In this document: positions 19,628 to 30,017 of the stretch, in pieces
Layout of the letters: each line of letters starts with the position of its first letter
Position numbering within the stretch: the stretch's first letter is position 1
Assembly (NCBI GenBank): GCA_963795815.1
Contig: CAWCJD010000014.1
Coordinates: 118,122-182,121 of the forward strand
DNA from: an uncultured Armatimonadetes bacterium
GTDB lineage: Bacteria > Armatimonadota > Armatimonadia > Armatimonadales > Capsulimonadaceae
DNA length: 64,000 nt
Direction of reading: 5' to 3'
The notes under the pieces: generated by a model
What the model saw: only the letters and a program-made list of their open reading frames with translations
What the model was told of the DNA's origin: nothing
Database searches by the model: none
Translations under genes and position numbers: made by a program

Positions 19628-20374
19628 CTAAAGCTTGGCGATATCATTCACCGCTTTGTTGGTCAGGTCGTCCTGAGCCTGCACCATCTTTTGGTTGGTC
19701 TCATAGGCGCGCATGCAGCTGATCATCGCGACCATTTCTTTGACGACGCTCACATTGGAGCTTTCCAGAAAGCCCTGACGCACGCCTGATCCTGCCGAAG
19801 CAGGGCGAGATGCGGTCTGGGTAAATTGGTTGTCGCCGCTTTTGACCGCCCCGGTCGCGCCGGAAACACTGGTCAGTCTGATCTTGCCGAGAGACTTGCC
19901 GTCAACAATGAGCTGACCATTAGGGCTGATCGTGATGCTGCCCGCATCTGCGGGAATGCGGATCGGCTTGCCGGTCTGGCCCAGCACAATGCCGCCACCA
20001 CTGGCCTGTGACAGCAGGCCTTGCGGGCTGCGGGTCAGCGCCCCATCGCGGGAAAGCCGGACACCTTGCGGCGTTTGGACCGAAAGGCAGGCATCACCGG
20101 TGAGGGCGATATCCAGAGGATTGCCGGTCTTTTCCATCGCGCCGCTTTCAAAGTCGGTCGCCAGAGCCTGCAGCGCCGCCCCGCGCCCAATCGAGCCGAG
20201 GTTACCGCCGCCATCGCCCATGCGGTGGACCAGGGTATCGGCAAAAGATTGAAACTGAGGAATATCCTGCTTGTAGCCGGTCGTGCTAGCATTGGCAAGG
20301 TTTTGAGCGATCGCATCTTCTGCCGTCTGGTTGGCAAGCATGCCTGTTGCCGCTGTGTAAATTCCGCGTGTGAT
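19628..20374 (-). CDS. flgF: flagellar proximal rod protein FlgF (probable non-ATG start)
   Basis: ORF 19628..20341 lacks the conserved N-terminus. In frame upstream is I-TRGIYTAATG-MLANQ. An ATC at 20372-20374 lies 9 nt after AAGGAG. C-terminus: VKEMVAMISCMRAYETNQKMVQAQDDL. Confidence 0.8.
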   Translation of the reverse strand: MTRGIYTAATGMLANQTAEDAIAQNLANASTTGYKQDIPQFQSFADTLVHRMGDGGGNLGSIGRGAALQALATDFESGAMEKTGNPLDIALTGDACLSVQTPQGVRLSRDGALTRSPQGLLSQASGGGIVLGQTGKPIRIPADAGSITISPNGQLIVDGKSLGKIRLTSVSGATGAVKSGDNQFTQTASRPASAGSGVRQGFLESSNVSVVKEMVAMISCMRAYETNQKMVQAQDDLTNKAVNDIAKL

Positions 20375-20507
20375 TTCCGTGTTCTCCTTTCGCCGTGCCC
20401 GTTCGTGGTACCATTATCGGCAGGACTGACAGGCTTCTTTAGGCGTAAAAATACCGGAGTATGATTTTTTTCTGCGGGTAAAATACTAAAAGCAAAGGGA
20501 ACAAGCC

Positions 20508-20810
20508 ATGGGACCACAAGACGAAGAAAGTATTATAGAAGAGTTTCTCGGTGATGCGCCGCGGGCAGCGCAGTGGCGGGCCCTGCGTCAGTCTTTGGGG
20601 GAGCGTCTCGGCGGCCTGCGTCGCACGCGGAGCGTCGAAGCACAGACCGACCCGGGCAGTGACCGTGTCGCGCAAATAGACAAAGAAATTTTGGCGCTGG
20701 AGCGTCAAGTCGCCGCCCTGCAGACCGAGGAAGTCGTGGCGGAGTTCGTCGAAAACTCGCTCCACGTGACCCTGGCCCGCAGTGCCGCCGATGCACAGAC
20801 AGAGTTTTAA
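20508..20810 (+). CDS. hypothetical protein (100 aa, acidic/helical)
   Basis: The ATG follows AAGGGA, a clean terminator follows, and it is divergent from flgF. No motif recognised. Confidence 0.5.
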   Translation: MGPQDEESIIEEFLGDAPRAAQWRALRQSLGERLGGLRRTRSVEAQTDPGSDRVAQIDKEILALERQVAALQTEEVVAEFVENSLHVTLARSAADAQTEF

Positions 20811-20833
20811 AAAGCTGCCGGGCCAGACACAAG

Positions 20834-20873
20834 AAAGCGCCCTTCCGTGCGGGGATACACGGAAGGGCGCTTT
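20834..20873 (+). terminator. stem-loop terminator
   Basis: AAAGCGCCCTTCCGTG-cggggata-CACGGAAGGGCGCTTT: a 16-bp perfect stem 24 nt after the stop at 20808-20810. Confidence 0.7.
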
Positions 20874-21025
20874 CGGGCTGTGCGCGGGGAACGCACGGGT
20901 TTGAGGTGTTGTCGCGCCTCTTTACGCTGACCCTATCTTAACACAGTCAGAAGTGATTGTCAAGAAGTTTGGGAAGACGGGCAGTAAAAATTTCCACTTA
21001 TTTTCCTGCGTGCTTAGTCTTCGGT

Positions 21026-22161
21026 TTATAGCTCCTCGGAGCCCTCCTCATAACGAGCGAGGGTGTGGGTGCGGAACTCGGCGTAATTGTCGGCCTCGAT
21101 CGCCTGACGGATCCCAGACATCAAGCGGGCATAGTAGGCGAGGTTATGGTACGTCGGCAAGGCGAGAAGCTAAGATCTCATTGCATTTATACAAATGACG
21201 GAGGTAGGCGGCGGAGTACCGTCGGCACACGGCGCAGTCGCAGTCCGGGTCGACCGGACCAAAGTCATCCGTGTATTTGCTGCCTTTGATATTGATGCGC
21301 CCATAAGTGGTGTAAAGCGTGCCGTTGCGCCCCAGTCGGGTGGGCAGGACACAGTCAAACATATCAATCCCCTGCGCAACAGCATCCAGGATATCCAGCG
21401 GCGTGCCGACCCCCATCAAGTAGCGTGGTTTCATGCTCAGGCAAGTGGGGAATGGAGTGCGAAATAGCCTCCTGCATCAGCGCGGGCGGCTCGCCGACCG
21501 AGACGCCGCCGATGGCGATCCCCGGCGTGTCCTGCGCGGCGACAAATTGAGCGCTTTCCGCCCGCAGGTCGGCATACGTGCCGCCCTGCGCGATCCCAAA
21601 CAGCAGCTGCGGCGTGTCCTGCGCAGCGTGGTAGCTAACGCAGCGCTGGAGCCAGCGATGGGTACGCTCGGTGGCTTCGCGGGTGAGCGCATGCGTGCAG
21701 GGGTAAGGCGGACATTCATCAAAAGCCATGATGATATCCGCGCCCAGGGCATGCTGGACAGACAGCGAGTGCTCGGGGCTGAAAAAGTGCTCGCTGCCGT
21801 CCAGGTGGGACTTAAACCGGACGCCTTCTTCGGTGATGCGGCGCAGGTCCTGCAGGGAAAACACTTGAAAGCCCCCACTATCTGTCAGCATCGCGCCATC
21901 CCAGGCAATAAACTTGTGCAGGCCGCCCGCTTTTTTAACCAACTCGGGGCCGGGGCGCAGGTACAGATGGTACGTGTTGCCGAGGATCAGCCGAAAGCCC
22001 AGGGCGGCGACCTCCTCCTGGGTCATGGCTTTGACAGTGCCGTGGGTGCCGACAGGCATAAACACAGGGGTCTGGATGGGTTCAGGACTATGGGGCAGGC
22101 GCAGCGTCCCGCGCCGCGCCCGGGTCTGTGTTGAGCGATGGGTGAGAGTAAAGGGGGACAT
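21026..22161 (-). pseudogene. tgt: queuine tRNA-ribosyltransferase, two frameshifts
   Basis: N-terminal ORF 21364..22161 (…VFMPVGTHGTVKAMT…LTDSGGFQVFSL…), middle ORF 21144..21434 ([11 protein letters not shown]…DCVLPTR…[10 protein letters not shown], the Zn site), and a tail read in the third frame (…[26 protein letters not shown]…*) ending at 21026. Shifts lie near 21430 and 21155. Confidence 0.9.
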
Positions 22162-22193
22162 GGGGCCATTGTACCCGGCCCCGAAGAGACACG

Positions 22194-23108
22194 CTACTTG
22201 CCCACATGGCTGCGGGCGATTGCATTGTCGGGGTCACGGGCGAGGACTTCGCGGAACTCTTCGTCCGCCTCAGCGGTTCGCCCGGCGGCCTGCAGGGTCA
22301 GGGCCAGGTTGCTGCGGGCCTCGCCGAAGTTCGGGTTGATCGCCAGGGCGCGCCGAAACTCCGCGACCGCGTCTTCAAACGCGCCGCAGGCATTGAGGGA
22401 GATGGCCAGGTGGTTGCGGACATCGGCGTAGTTGGGATTGAGGGCCAGAGCGCGCCGGAACTCTTCCGCAGCCTCGGCAAACATGCCCCGCCGATAGAAA
22501 TCCCCGCCGAGACTGGTATGGTACGCAATATCGTCGGCATCGGCTTCGGCGATATGCTCGAAGAGAGCCAGCGCCTCGGCATGCTGCCCGGCGTCATGGG
22601 CGGCCAGGGCCTGGTCAAAGGCCACTGTCTGGTAGCTGGAGTCGCGCTCGGTAGCCCGGCGTATTTGGGCGAGCCCTTCTTCATACTGCTGCGCTTGATA
22701 CAGCGCCAGCCCTAGATAAAAACGCGCTTTGGCAAACCCTTCATTGATGCCCAGCGCGGCCCGAAAGGCATTGGCGGCTTCGCGAGGGTCGCCTGCCTGA
22801 CGGCAGGCGCGTCCATACTGGAAATGCAGGTCGGCGTAGTGGGGATTGAGCGCGATGGCTTTGGCGAGGGCGGCGCGGGCCTGCGGATAGTCCTGCTTTT
22901 GCAGGGCGGCGTTGCCCAAGTTGGCATAGGCCTCAGCGACATAGAACGAGGCAAGGCGCTGCGTCAGGACGTCAGCGCGTCCGCCGCCATCCGCTGCCTG
23001 GTTCAGCTCTTCAATCGCTTCCTCATACAGTCCCTGGTCAAACAAGCGTATGCCCTGGTCATAGTGCTCGTTGCGTCCAACTCCAAACATACGGCCCAGC
23101 ATAGACAT
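22194..23108 (-). CDS. tetratricopeptide repeat protein
   Basis: Multiple 34-aa TPR units (…AEEFRRALALNPNYADVRNHLAISL…, …AVAEFRRALAINPNFGEARSNLALTL…). Confidence 0.85.
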   Translation of the reverse strand: MSMLGRMFGVGRNEHYDQGIRLFDQGLYEEAIEELNQAADGGGRADVLTQRLASFYVAEAYANLGNAALQKQDYPQARAALAKAIALNPHYADLHFQYGRACRQAGDPREAANAFRAALGINEGFAKARFYLGLALYQAQQYEEGLAQIRRATERDSSYQTVAFDQALAAHDAGQHAEALALFEHIAEADADDIAYHTSLGGDFYRRGMFAEAAEEFRRALALNPNYADVRNHLAISLNACGAFEDAVAEFRRALAINPNFGEARSNLALTLQAAGRTAEADEEFREVLARDPDNAIARSHVGK

Positions 23109-23169
23109 GGGTCATCCTCCCCCGCGCGATATTTTCTATTATGCCATAACGACCGCCAAACTTGAGGTC

Positions 23170-24631
23170 TTACGGCGCGGCAGGTGAAGTCATCTGCGCC
23201 AGATACTCCGCAAACTTGTCCTGGACGGCTCCGGCACTGCGCGCATTGCCGGGAAAGTTGTTCATAAGAAGGGAAAACGCATACAGCTCGCCGCCACGCC
23301 CGGTGACATACCCGGATAATGCGCGGGCCTGGCTGAGAGTCCCGGTCTTGGCATGAACATTGCCCGCTGCCAGCGTTCCCACCATGCGGCTTTTGAGCGT
23401 ACCGTCCACGCCTGCAATGGGCAGGGCATCGTAATATGCCGCAAAATCGCGCCGCTTGCTCATGCCGAGCAGCAATTGCCCGACGGCACGGGCGGTGACA
23501 AAATTGCGGCGGCTGACCCCGGAGCCGTCCACCAGGTCAACGCTTTTGGTGTCCACGCCCAGCGATTGAAAGAAGGGTGTTTCCAGCGCGTGCCCGGCAT
23601 CATACGTGCCCCCTGCCCCTTTCGTGGCTCCTTCCGTGCGCACCAGGCTTTCGGCGATCAAGGTTGTCGCTCGGCTTCATCATCAGCGGCAGATATTGGG
23701 TCAGCGGCAGGCTGTTATGCGTGGCGAGCACGACAGTCGTGGGACCCGCAGCAAAGACGCGGCCCAGGGTGAGAGCATGGATAATCCCCTGCCCCTGCAG
23801 ACATTGATAAAGGATACGGCTCGCATAAAGGGGAGGATTGGCGACAGGCACGTTCTGGTCCACTGTGGTGCCGAGAGGCAAGTCCCCACCAATATGGATA
23901 CTTTCCGTGGCATAGGGACGTGACACAATGCAGGTGTTCGGCGCATGGGCTGCGGCAGTTCGGCCCTGGCTGCTGAAACCGGGATAGGTGGCAGGCGGCG
24001 TCAGCGTGACCACAACAGGCTGGCCAAGCTCCCCCGGCGCGACATGGACGTGAACATCGCCGTCATTGACTTCCAGGCTGGAGATCACGGGAAACTCTTC
24101 ATCGGACAAGTCGTCCCACTCCCACCCGAAGCCATATGGGCCATCGGTGAATAAGGAAGCATCGCCCCGCACGTCGCCGTCAATACGCTTCACGCCCATC
24201 TTCGCCATCTGCGCGGCCAGGTCATCCAGGTCTGCGGTGGTCAGTGCGCCGTCCCCTGCCCCGCGCAGCACCACATCGCCGTGCACGACGCCCGCGCTGT
24301 CCGGCTTTGCCTGCGCCAGTACCTGGGTGTGGTACACATACCCATCGCCCAACAGCCCCAGCGCAGCGGCAGCGGTGAACAGCTTACGGTTGGATGCAGG
24401 CAGCAGGCGAATGTCGGCGTTGTGCGCATACAAACTCCTGCCGTCGCGCACGCGCACCACAACCGCGCCGGTAATGCCGCCGCGCAGGGCCGGGTCTTCT
24501 AAGATATGGTCCAGCGCGGCACGCAGACTGGGCAACGCGGGTGCGGCACGCGCAGAGCTCAGACTTGACAATGTGACAGTCAGCAGCAGAGATAATGGCA
24601 AGAGCGCAAAGAGACAGTGTCGAGGTTTCAT
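23170..24631 (-). pseudogene. dacB: D-alanyl-D-alanine carboxypeptidase/endopeptidase (PBP4, peptidase S13), one frameshift
   Basis: Signal peptide from the ATG at 24629-24631. Motifs: S-x-x-K (PASNRKLFT), SGVSRRN, and KTG (HAKTGTL). ORFs 23600..24844 and 23170..23661 join at about 23660 (…KPSDNL/IAESLVRTEG…). Confidence 0.85.
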
Positions 24632-24738
24632 AGGCACGCCCATTGTACGGCCTAATGCTTTGCACGTCAAGGGCACGGGATGCGCGCCGCCTTGTGCAGA
24701 CGCAGGAAAGCCGCACGCCTCTGTCGAACTAGCCCCCT

Positions 24739-25407
24739 GTGATAATCCAAGCCGCCATCTTCGACTGTGATGGCCTCCTCGCCGATACCGAAACTCCGGA
24801 CTACGATGCCTGGCGCACGCTCTACGCTGAGCACGGCCTTGCACTTGACCTGCGCGACTGGGCCGCCCTGATCGGGGTCGCCAAAGGCCATGAGCTGGCC
24901 GACTGGCACCGCGCCCTCGCCGACACTGTCGGGCCCGGCTATGACCGCGATGCCGTCACCCGGCGGCGGCAGGCGCACTATGCCGCCGCCATTGCAGCGC
25001 TTGTCCCCATGCCCGGTGTGGTCGCCCTGCTGGAGACACTGCATCAAAAACACATCCCCTGCGCAGTCGCTTCCAACTCCGACCGGGAGTGGGTGGACCG
25101 TATCCTGTCTCTCACCGGACTGGCCGGGCACTTTGATACCATCGCCACCGCCGATGAAGTGACACATCCCAAGCCCGCGCCCGATGTCTACCTACTTGCC
25201 GCCCAGCGGCTCGCCGTCCCGCCCTCCGCCTGCGTCGCCTTTGAAGACAGCCCGCGCGGACTGGCCGCCGCCCACGCCGCCGGTATGCTCACCGTCGCGG
25301 TCCCCACCCCGCTGACACGCCATCTGGACTGGGCACAGGCGCACCATACTCTCGCGTCCCTGGAGGAGATAGCAGGCGATTTCCCGCCCCCGCTGTGGGG
25401 AAGGTGA
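24739..25407 (+). CDS. HAD-superfamily hydrolase (subfamily IA, beta-phosphoglucomutase-like)
   Basis: Motif I is FDCDGLLADTE; the later motifs are AVASNS and AFEDSPRGLAAAHAAGM. GTG start. Confidence 0.8.
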   Translation: MIIQAAIFDCDGLLADTETPDYDAWRTLYAEHGLALDLRDWAALIGVAKGHELADWHRALADTVGPGYDRDAVTRRRQAHYAAAIAALVPMPGVVALLETLHQKHIPCAVASNSDREWVDRILSLTGLAGHFDTIATADEVTHPKPAPDVYLLAAQRLAVPPSACVAFEDSPRGLAAAHAAGMLTVAVPTPLTRHLDWAQAHHTLASLEEIAGDFPPPLWGR

Positions 25408-25513
25408 GGAAGACTTCCCTCCCCGCCATAGGCCGCCCATAGTGCCGATGTCTGCCCGAGTCTGCCCGACGTAGGGCGACCCTAGACCCGGCCTCGCGCC
25501 CAGAGGATACTTT

Positions 25514-26467
25514 ATGACAACACAAGATACTGTGATCGCCCTGACAAAACACATCCGGGACACTGTCCGCCCCCACCTCGGCGCATGGCATGGACGGCAA
25601 ATCTCCGGCACCGCCAACAGCGGCGATGCGACATTTGCCATCGACGATATCGCCGAAGATGCCATCGTTTCTTTTATCGAGCGCGAGAAGCTTTCCATCG
25701 CCTACTACTCCGAAGACAAAGGGCTGCTGGAGTTCGGCACCCATCCCGAAGGCGTCGTGATTATCGACCCGATCGACGGCACACGGCCCGCAGTCGCCGG
25801 CTTTGAGTCCTGCGTTGTCTCAGTCGCGTGGGCCGCCTACACCCCCCATGTCACGATGGGCGATGTACGCTATGGCTGCATTGCTGAGATCAAAGGGGAC
25901 AATCTCTTCTTTGCCGAGCGCGGGCACGGTGCGGCGTGGACTGGCACAGACGGCCAAACCCTGCCCCTGCGTCTGCTCCCGATCGAAGACATCACCAGTG
26001 CCCCGCTTTCGTTTGAAGCCGTCGCCCGCCCCTTTGAGTGGCTCGGGGTCGCGCTCGCCGAGATCGTCAACACCGCCAGCACGCGCGGCGGCTGCTTTTT
26101 GTTCAACTCAACCGCGTATTCTTTGACAAGGTTACTCACCGGCCAGCTTGCCGCCTGCCTGGATATCGGCGCGCGCATACTGCAAGACTATCCGCAGACC
26201 CGCCCGCGCTATGTCCAGCTCGGGCGCGGGACACCCATCGGCCTGTTCACCTACGATATCGCCGCCGCCGCCCTGATCGCCACTGAAGCAGGCGCGATTG
26301 TCACCGATGCCTACGGCCACTCTCTCGATCCGACGCCTCTGCTCGACACCGGCGAAGCCAATCTTAAAACGATCCTCGCCGCTTCCACTCCGGCCCTGCA
26401 TGCCGCCTTGCTGCGCGAAATCGATAGTGGCCTGGGGCGTCTTGCAGTTCCCCTTCTCGGGGTATAA
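25514..26467 (+). CDS. inositol monophosphatase / FBPase family protein
   Basis: VVIIDPIDGTRPAVAGF and YDIAAAALIATEAGAIVTD match the IMPase signature regions. Confidence 0.75.
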   Translation: MTTQDTVIALTKHIRDTVRPHLGAWHGRQISGTANSGDATFAIDDIAEDAIVSFIEREKLSIAYYSEDKGLLEFGTHPEGVVIIDPIDGTRPAVAGFESCVVSVAWAAYTPHVTMGDVRYGCIAEIKGDNLFFAERGHGAAWTGTDGQTLPLRLLPIEDITSAPLSFEAVARPFEWLGVALAEIVNTASTRGGCFLFNSTAYSLTRLLTGQLAACLDIGARILQDYPQTRPRYVQLGRGTPIGLFTYDIAAAALIATEAGAIVTDAYGHSLDPTPLLDTGEANLKTILAASTPALHAALLREIDSGLGRLAVPLLGV

Positions 26468-26510
26468 CAAACCACACCACTACAACGACAGAAGCGAGGC
26501 CGTAGGCACA

Positions 26511-26963
26511 ATGGGGACATACAAAAAGCGATGGATCGCACTGGGGGCGCTGGCCCTCGCCGGCGCAGGCTGCGCCCTTTGGATCAACAAACGACTGTTT
26601 ATCGTCAACGATGTCACGACCGGGGAAAGCGCTGCTTATCCCCATCTGCTGTCCCGAGTCTACTATGCCGAGCCGGGCGCAGTGCTGGCCGCCGCCCAGC
26701 AGGCCATCCGCACCCTCCCCCGCTGGCGCGTCATCTTCGAAGACACGGAGAACGATGCCCTCGAAGCCGAAGCCGAGACACTGGTAGGCCGCTTCCTCGA
26801 TGATGTCACCCTGTACGCTATCGGGCTTGGGCACGGCCAGACCCGCGCCACCATCCGCTCCCGCTCCCGTGTCGGCGGCGGCGACCTCGGCCAGAATGCC
26901 GTGCATATCCGCGAGCTCCAGGCCGCCATGGACGACCGCCTGACCGGCAGCGCCGCCTTCTAG
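26511..26963 (+). CDS. DUF1499-like membrane-anchored protein
   Basis: ORF 26298..26963 trimmed to the ATG at 26511 (MGTYKKRWIALGALALAGAG…). The pattern …GRFLDDVTLYAI…IRSRSRVGGGDLGQNAVHIRELQ resembles DUF1499. Confidence 0.6.
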   Translation: MGTYKKRWIALGALALAGAGCALWINKRLFIVNDVTTGESAAYPHLLSRVYYAEPGAVLAAAQQAIRTLPRWRVIFEDTENDALEAEAETLVGRFLDDVTLYAIGLGHGQTRATIRSRSRVGGGDLGQNAVHIRELQAAMDDRLTGSAAF

Positions 26964-27029
26964 CTCCCCACCCAAGCAAACACCCCTCCGGCAGCGCCAG
27001 AGGGGTGTTGTCGTTTGTCACCTTATCGC

Positions 27030-27389
27030 TTATTGCGGGGTCAGGCTGAGCATGTACGCCAGCTTTTCATCCACTTTCATCATATCCGCACCGGATAGCT
27101 GCCCCCGCAAAGCGCCCAACCTGTCCTTTTGGACCGTAATGATCTGTGCCGAGTTGACTTCTGAAACCTCGGTCAGCCCATTCTCCTCGGTCGGACTGAC
27201 CAGCACCATAGACGGATACCCCTTCAATTTGGTGGACACCGCACAGACAATAGTCACCGGATACCCGCCCACTGAGTTCGCAATATCATTCTGGATTATC
27301 AAACCGGGCCGTACGCCGGCCTGCTCCGAACCGCGGGCCGGGTTCCAATCAATTTGATATATCTGCCCACGCTTGATATCAACTGCCAA
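27030..27389 (-). CDS. type II toxin, MazF/PemK family endoribonuclease
   Basis: …IKRGQIYQIDWNPARGSEQAGVRPGLIIQNDIAN…AQIITVQKDRL matches the PemK/MazF pattern. The likely start is the TTG at 27387-27389, 6 nt after GGGAGG, overlapping the antitoxin stop by 11 nt. An ATG at 27428 is the alternative. Confidence 0.8.
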   Translation of the reverse strand: MAVDIKRGQIYQIDWNPARGSEQAGVRPGLIIQNDIANSVGGYPVTIVCAVSTKLKGYPSMVLVSPTEENGLTEVSEVNSAQIITVQKDRLGALRGQLSGADMMKVDEKLAYMLSLTPQ

Positions 27390-27672
27390 ACAAAGCCTCC
27401 CGCGCTGCAGGGAGGGCATACTCGACATCGTTCATGTCCGCATCACGGCCCATCGCCTCAAACCCGGCACGCCACTCCTGCTCTTTTTCCATCTGCTGCT
27501 CCGCCTTCAGCGCGGCTTTAACGGCATCCACCACGAACCGATTAGCGCTGATACGCTTCTGACTGGCCCGCTGCCTGACTTCCTGAAGCAGCAGACGGTC
27601 GGCTCTAATCTGAAACACATCCGCCTTCGCTTGCGCCTGGTTATTATCTTCCAGCACAGTTTTTGTGGGCAC
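27379..27672 (-). CDS. type II antitoxin partner of MazF (family not assigned)
   Basis: A 97-aa ORF immediately upstream of, and overlapping, the toxin. The segment …KRISANRFVVDAVKAALK… looks like a helical DNA-binding antitoxin. Confidence 0.65.
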   Translation of the reverse strand: MPTKTVLEDNNQAQAKADVFQIRADRLLLQEVRQRASQKRISANRFVVDAVKAALKAEQQMEKEQEWRAGFEAMGRDADMNDVEYALPAAREALFGS

Positions 27673-27699
27673 TCCGGCACCTCCCTGGTTGCATTCGCC

Positions 27700-28146
27700 T
27701 TATCGTCTAAACAAGATATAATCGGTGTCCAGCAGCTCGACGCGAGCCCGGCGCACCTCCTGCGAGATCTGCCCCCGGTGGTATGCGCCGTGCGCAAACA
27801 CATGCAGCAGGATGTCCCCCTCGGTCGAAGCAAATGACTCTCCCTTGCTGTTGCGATAGTTGATTACCCGGTCGCCTTGAAAGTGTCCCAGAATACCGCG
27901 ATAGCACCCAACACTTCGCCCGATCACTTCGGCACACTCTTGCAGTGTCCATTCAGGCCACACCGGGCACGGGGGCGCGTCTCCCGTCACCCGCGCCGCC
28001 CACACCAGCTCTGCTCCCAGCAGGTGCGCAAAGATGCTGACACTGGTATGGTTCGGCATGCCGCGCAGCATTTGCAGGGTACGGGCATGGGCCCATTCGA
28101 GATACTCAGGGAAATGCGACAAGTCCACGGACTGTTCTCCGGCCAT
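27700..28146 (-). CDS. DinB family protein
   Basis: ORF trimmed to the ATG at 28144-28146 (MAGEQSVDLSHF…). It has the His triad context (…FAHLLGAELVW…, …LLHVFAHGAYHRGQI). The start overlaps the upstream stop (TAATG). Confidence 0.75.
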   Translation of the reverse strand: MAGEQSVDLSHFPEYLEWAHARTLQMLRGMPNHTSVSIFAHLLGAELVWAARVTGDAPPCPVWPEWTLQECAEVIGRSVGCYRGILGHFQGDRVINYRNSKGESFASTEGDILLHVFAHGAYHRGQISQEVRRARVELLDTDYILFRR

Positions 28147-29840
28147 TAGCTGCCCGCAAGACGCCCCAACGCTTCGGTCGCCGCATACTGCACGCCACTG
28201 TTGGCGCTTTGGGTCAACGGTGTCAAGGACTGGGTAATCGCCGGGTCCTTGCTGTTTGTCTGGCCCAATGTCACCGCGGCCCATGTCTGCACCTGCGGGT
28301 TCGCAGAGCCTGCCGCCTGACGCAGCGCGGGCACCGGCAGATTGCCCATCCGGGACAGGGTCTGGCTGGCATTGAAGGGGACGGGGGCAGGCTTATCAAA
28401 CAGCGCCACCAGCAGCGGCACGGCAGCCGCTTCCAGGTCCGGGGTCAGCAACGCATCCGAAGCCGCCGATGCCACGCCGCCGTCCGGGTCGGCCAGAGCT
28501 GCCACCAGGGTTGGCACGGCTGCCGGGCTGCCGCTCTGCCCCAGCCCCTGCACAGCGGCTTGACGCACGCTTGGGCTTGTGCCGTAGTTCGCGACCAAGC
28601 TTTGGAGCGTGGCAATACCCGCCGGCCCGCCGATCGCTCCCAAGGCCTGCGCGGCGGCCGCGCGGGTATCCTGCGTGCCCTGCGCAAGCGCCACTGTTAG
28701 CGGCCCGGTTGCCTGCGGCCCCGCCGACTGCACCCCCTGCAGCGCGGCATTGCGCACCAGGGCATCATAGTCTCCCAGGGACGCGACCAGGGCTGTGACT
28801 GCCTCCGCGCTGCCGATCCGCCCCAGCGCCAGAGCAGACTGCGTGCGGGCCTGGCTGTCCGCTTCGGGGTTGCGCAGCGTGGCGACTAATGCGGGCGCAG
28901 CCACCCGGGTTTGGGCAAATGAGCTAGTGGCTTTGGTGATGGCGTCTTTGTCGGCGGTCAGGTCTTCGGGCTTCTTTTTGGGGTCTTTGGCATCTGTGCT
29001 GAGCGTACTCTGGGCTTTTTGCAGCGTGCTGAAGTTGTTGATCACTGTGTCGGCCAGCGCAGACTGCGCCAGGCGGCGGACGGAAGGGTCGGGGTCGGAC
29101 GCTGACTTGACCAGCGCGGGCACGGCATTGGGCGAGGCGATCTGCCCCAGCATGCCCAGCACTTTCTGCTTGAAATCGCGCTTGGGCGTGTCCAGGTGCG
29201 CCAGCAAATAAGGCACTGCGGTGCCGCCCAAGCCAAGCATGGCGGCCTGGGCCGAGTCCTGCGCCTCCGGGGTTTGCATCAGTGGGTCGACCAGTTTGGC
29301 GACTTTATCGCCGCCGATCTTGTCTAAAGCCGCGACAGATGCCCCGCGGATATCGGGGTCGCCGTTGCTGAGGTTGCCGACAATCACATCCAGGTTGCTT
29401 TGGCTGGCCCCGCCCAGGGTCGCCAGCCCTGCCGTGGCTGTGTCTTTGACTTTGCTGTCGCTGTCTTTGCGCAGCAGGAACAGTGTGTCCAGCGCCTGAC
29501 GATCGGAGACCTGATGGCTGGCGGCCAATGTGTTGACCGACGCGGCGGCGTTTTCGCGCAGGGTCGCGCTTTCCAGGTTCTGCTCGCTTTTGGCATCCGA
29601 ATTGGGGTCCTGTGTTGCGGCCAGCACATCGGTCAGACGCCCGCTCTGTACCAGGCCGCGCACCGCACTGTCACGCACAGCCGGGCTGTTGCTGCCCAGC
29701 GCGGCGACCGTGTGGGCCTGCCCCGCGCGGTTGTAGGAGATCAGGGCCGCGACCAAGATAATCAGGACTGCCCAAACAGCAATGGTGACGCGCCGGGCGG
29801 CCACCAAAGCGGCGAGACGATGAAATGGAGACATAAGCAC
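28146..29840 (-). CDS. membrane-anchored HEAT-repeat protein
   Basis: N-terminal TM (VTIAVWAVLIILVAALI), followed by many repeats of the form 'a..aL..l.dpd..VR..A..aLg.iG…a.p.Lv'. Confidence 0.75.
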   Translation of the reverse strand: MLMSPFHRLAALVAARRVTIAVWAVLIILVAALISYNRAGQAHTVAALGSNSPAVRDSAVRGLVQSGRLTDVLAATQDPNSDAKSEQNLESATLRENAAASVNTLAASHQVSDRQALDTLFLLRKDSDSKVKDTATAGLATLGGASQSNLDVIVGNLSNGDPDIRGASVAALDKIGGDKVAKLVDPLMQTPEAQDSAQAAMLGLGGTAVPYLLAHLDTPKRDFKQKVLGMLGQIASPNAVPALVKSASDPDPSVRRLAQSALADTVINNFSTLQKAQSTLSTDAKDPKKKPEDLTADKDAITKATSSFAQTRVAAPALVATLRNPEADSQARTQSALALGRIGSAEAVTALVASLGDYDALVRNAALQGVQSAGPQATGPLTVALAQGTQDTRAAAAQALGAIGGPAGIATLQSLVANYGTSPSVRQAAVQGLGQSGSPAAVPTLVAALADPDGGVASAASDALLTPDLEAAAVPLLVALFDKPAPVPFNASQTLSRMGNLPVPALRQAAGSANPQVQTWAAVTLGQTNSKDPAITQSLTPLTQSANSGVQYAATEALGRLAGS

Positions 29841-30017
29841 AAAATACCCTTTGTAAGACTGCGTTTATGATAAACCAAACACGCTGTTTTGTCAAGCAAG
29901 CCGCGCAGAGTCACTTTCTGGTGCAGGCTTCCCTCCCCTGCCCTCGTGACGCAGGAAAACCAAGAGGCGGCAAAGAAACAGTTGCTATCAAGAACAAGTC
30001 TTGAGAGGATATGTCTT

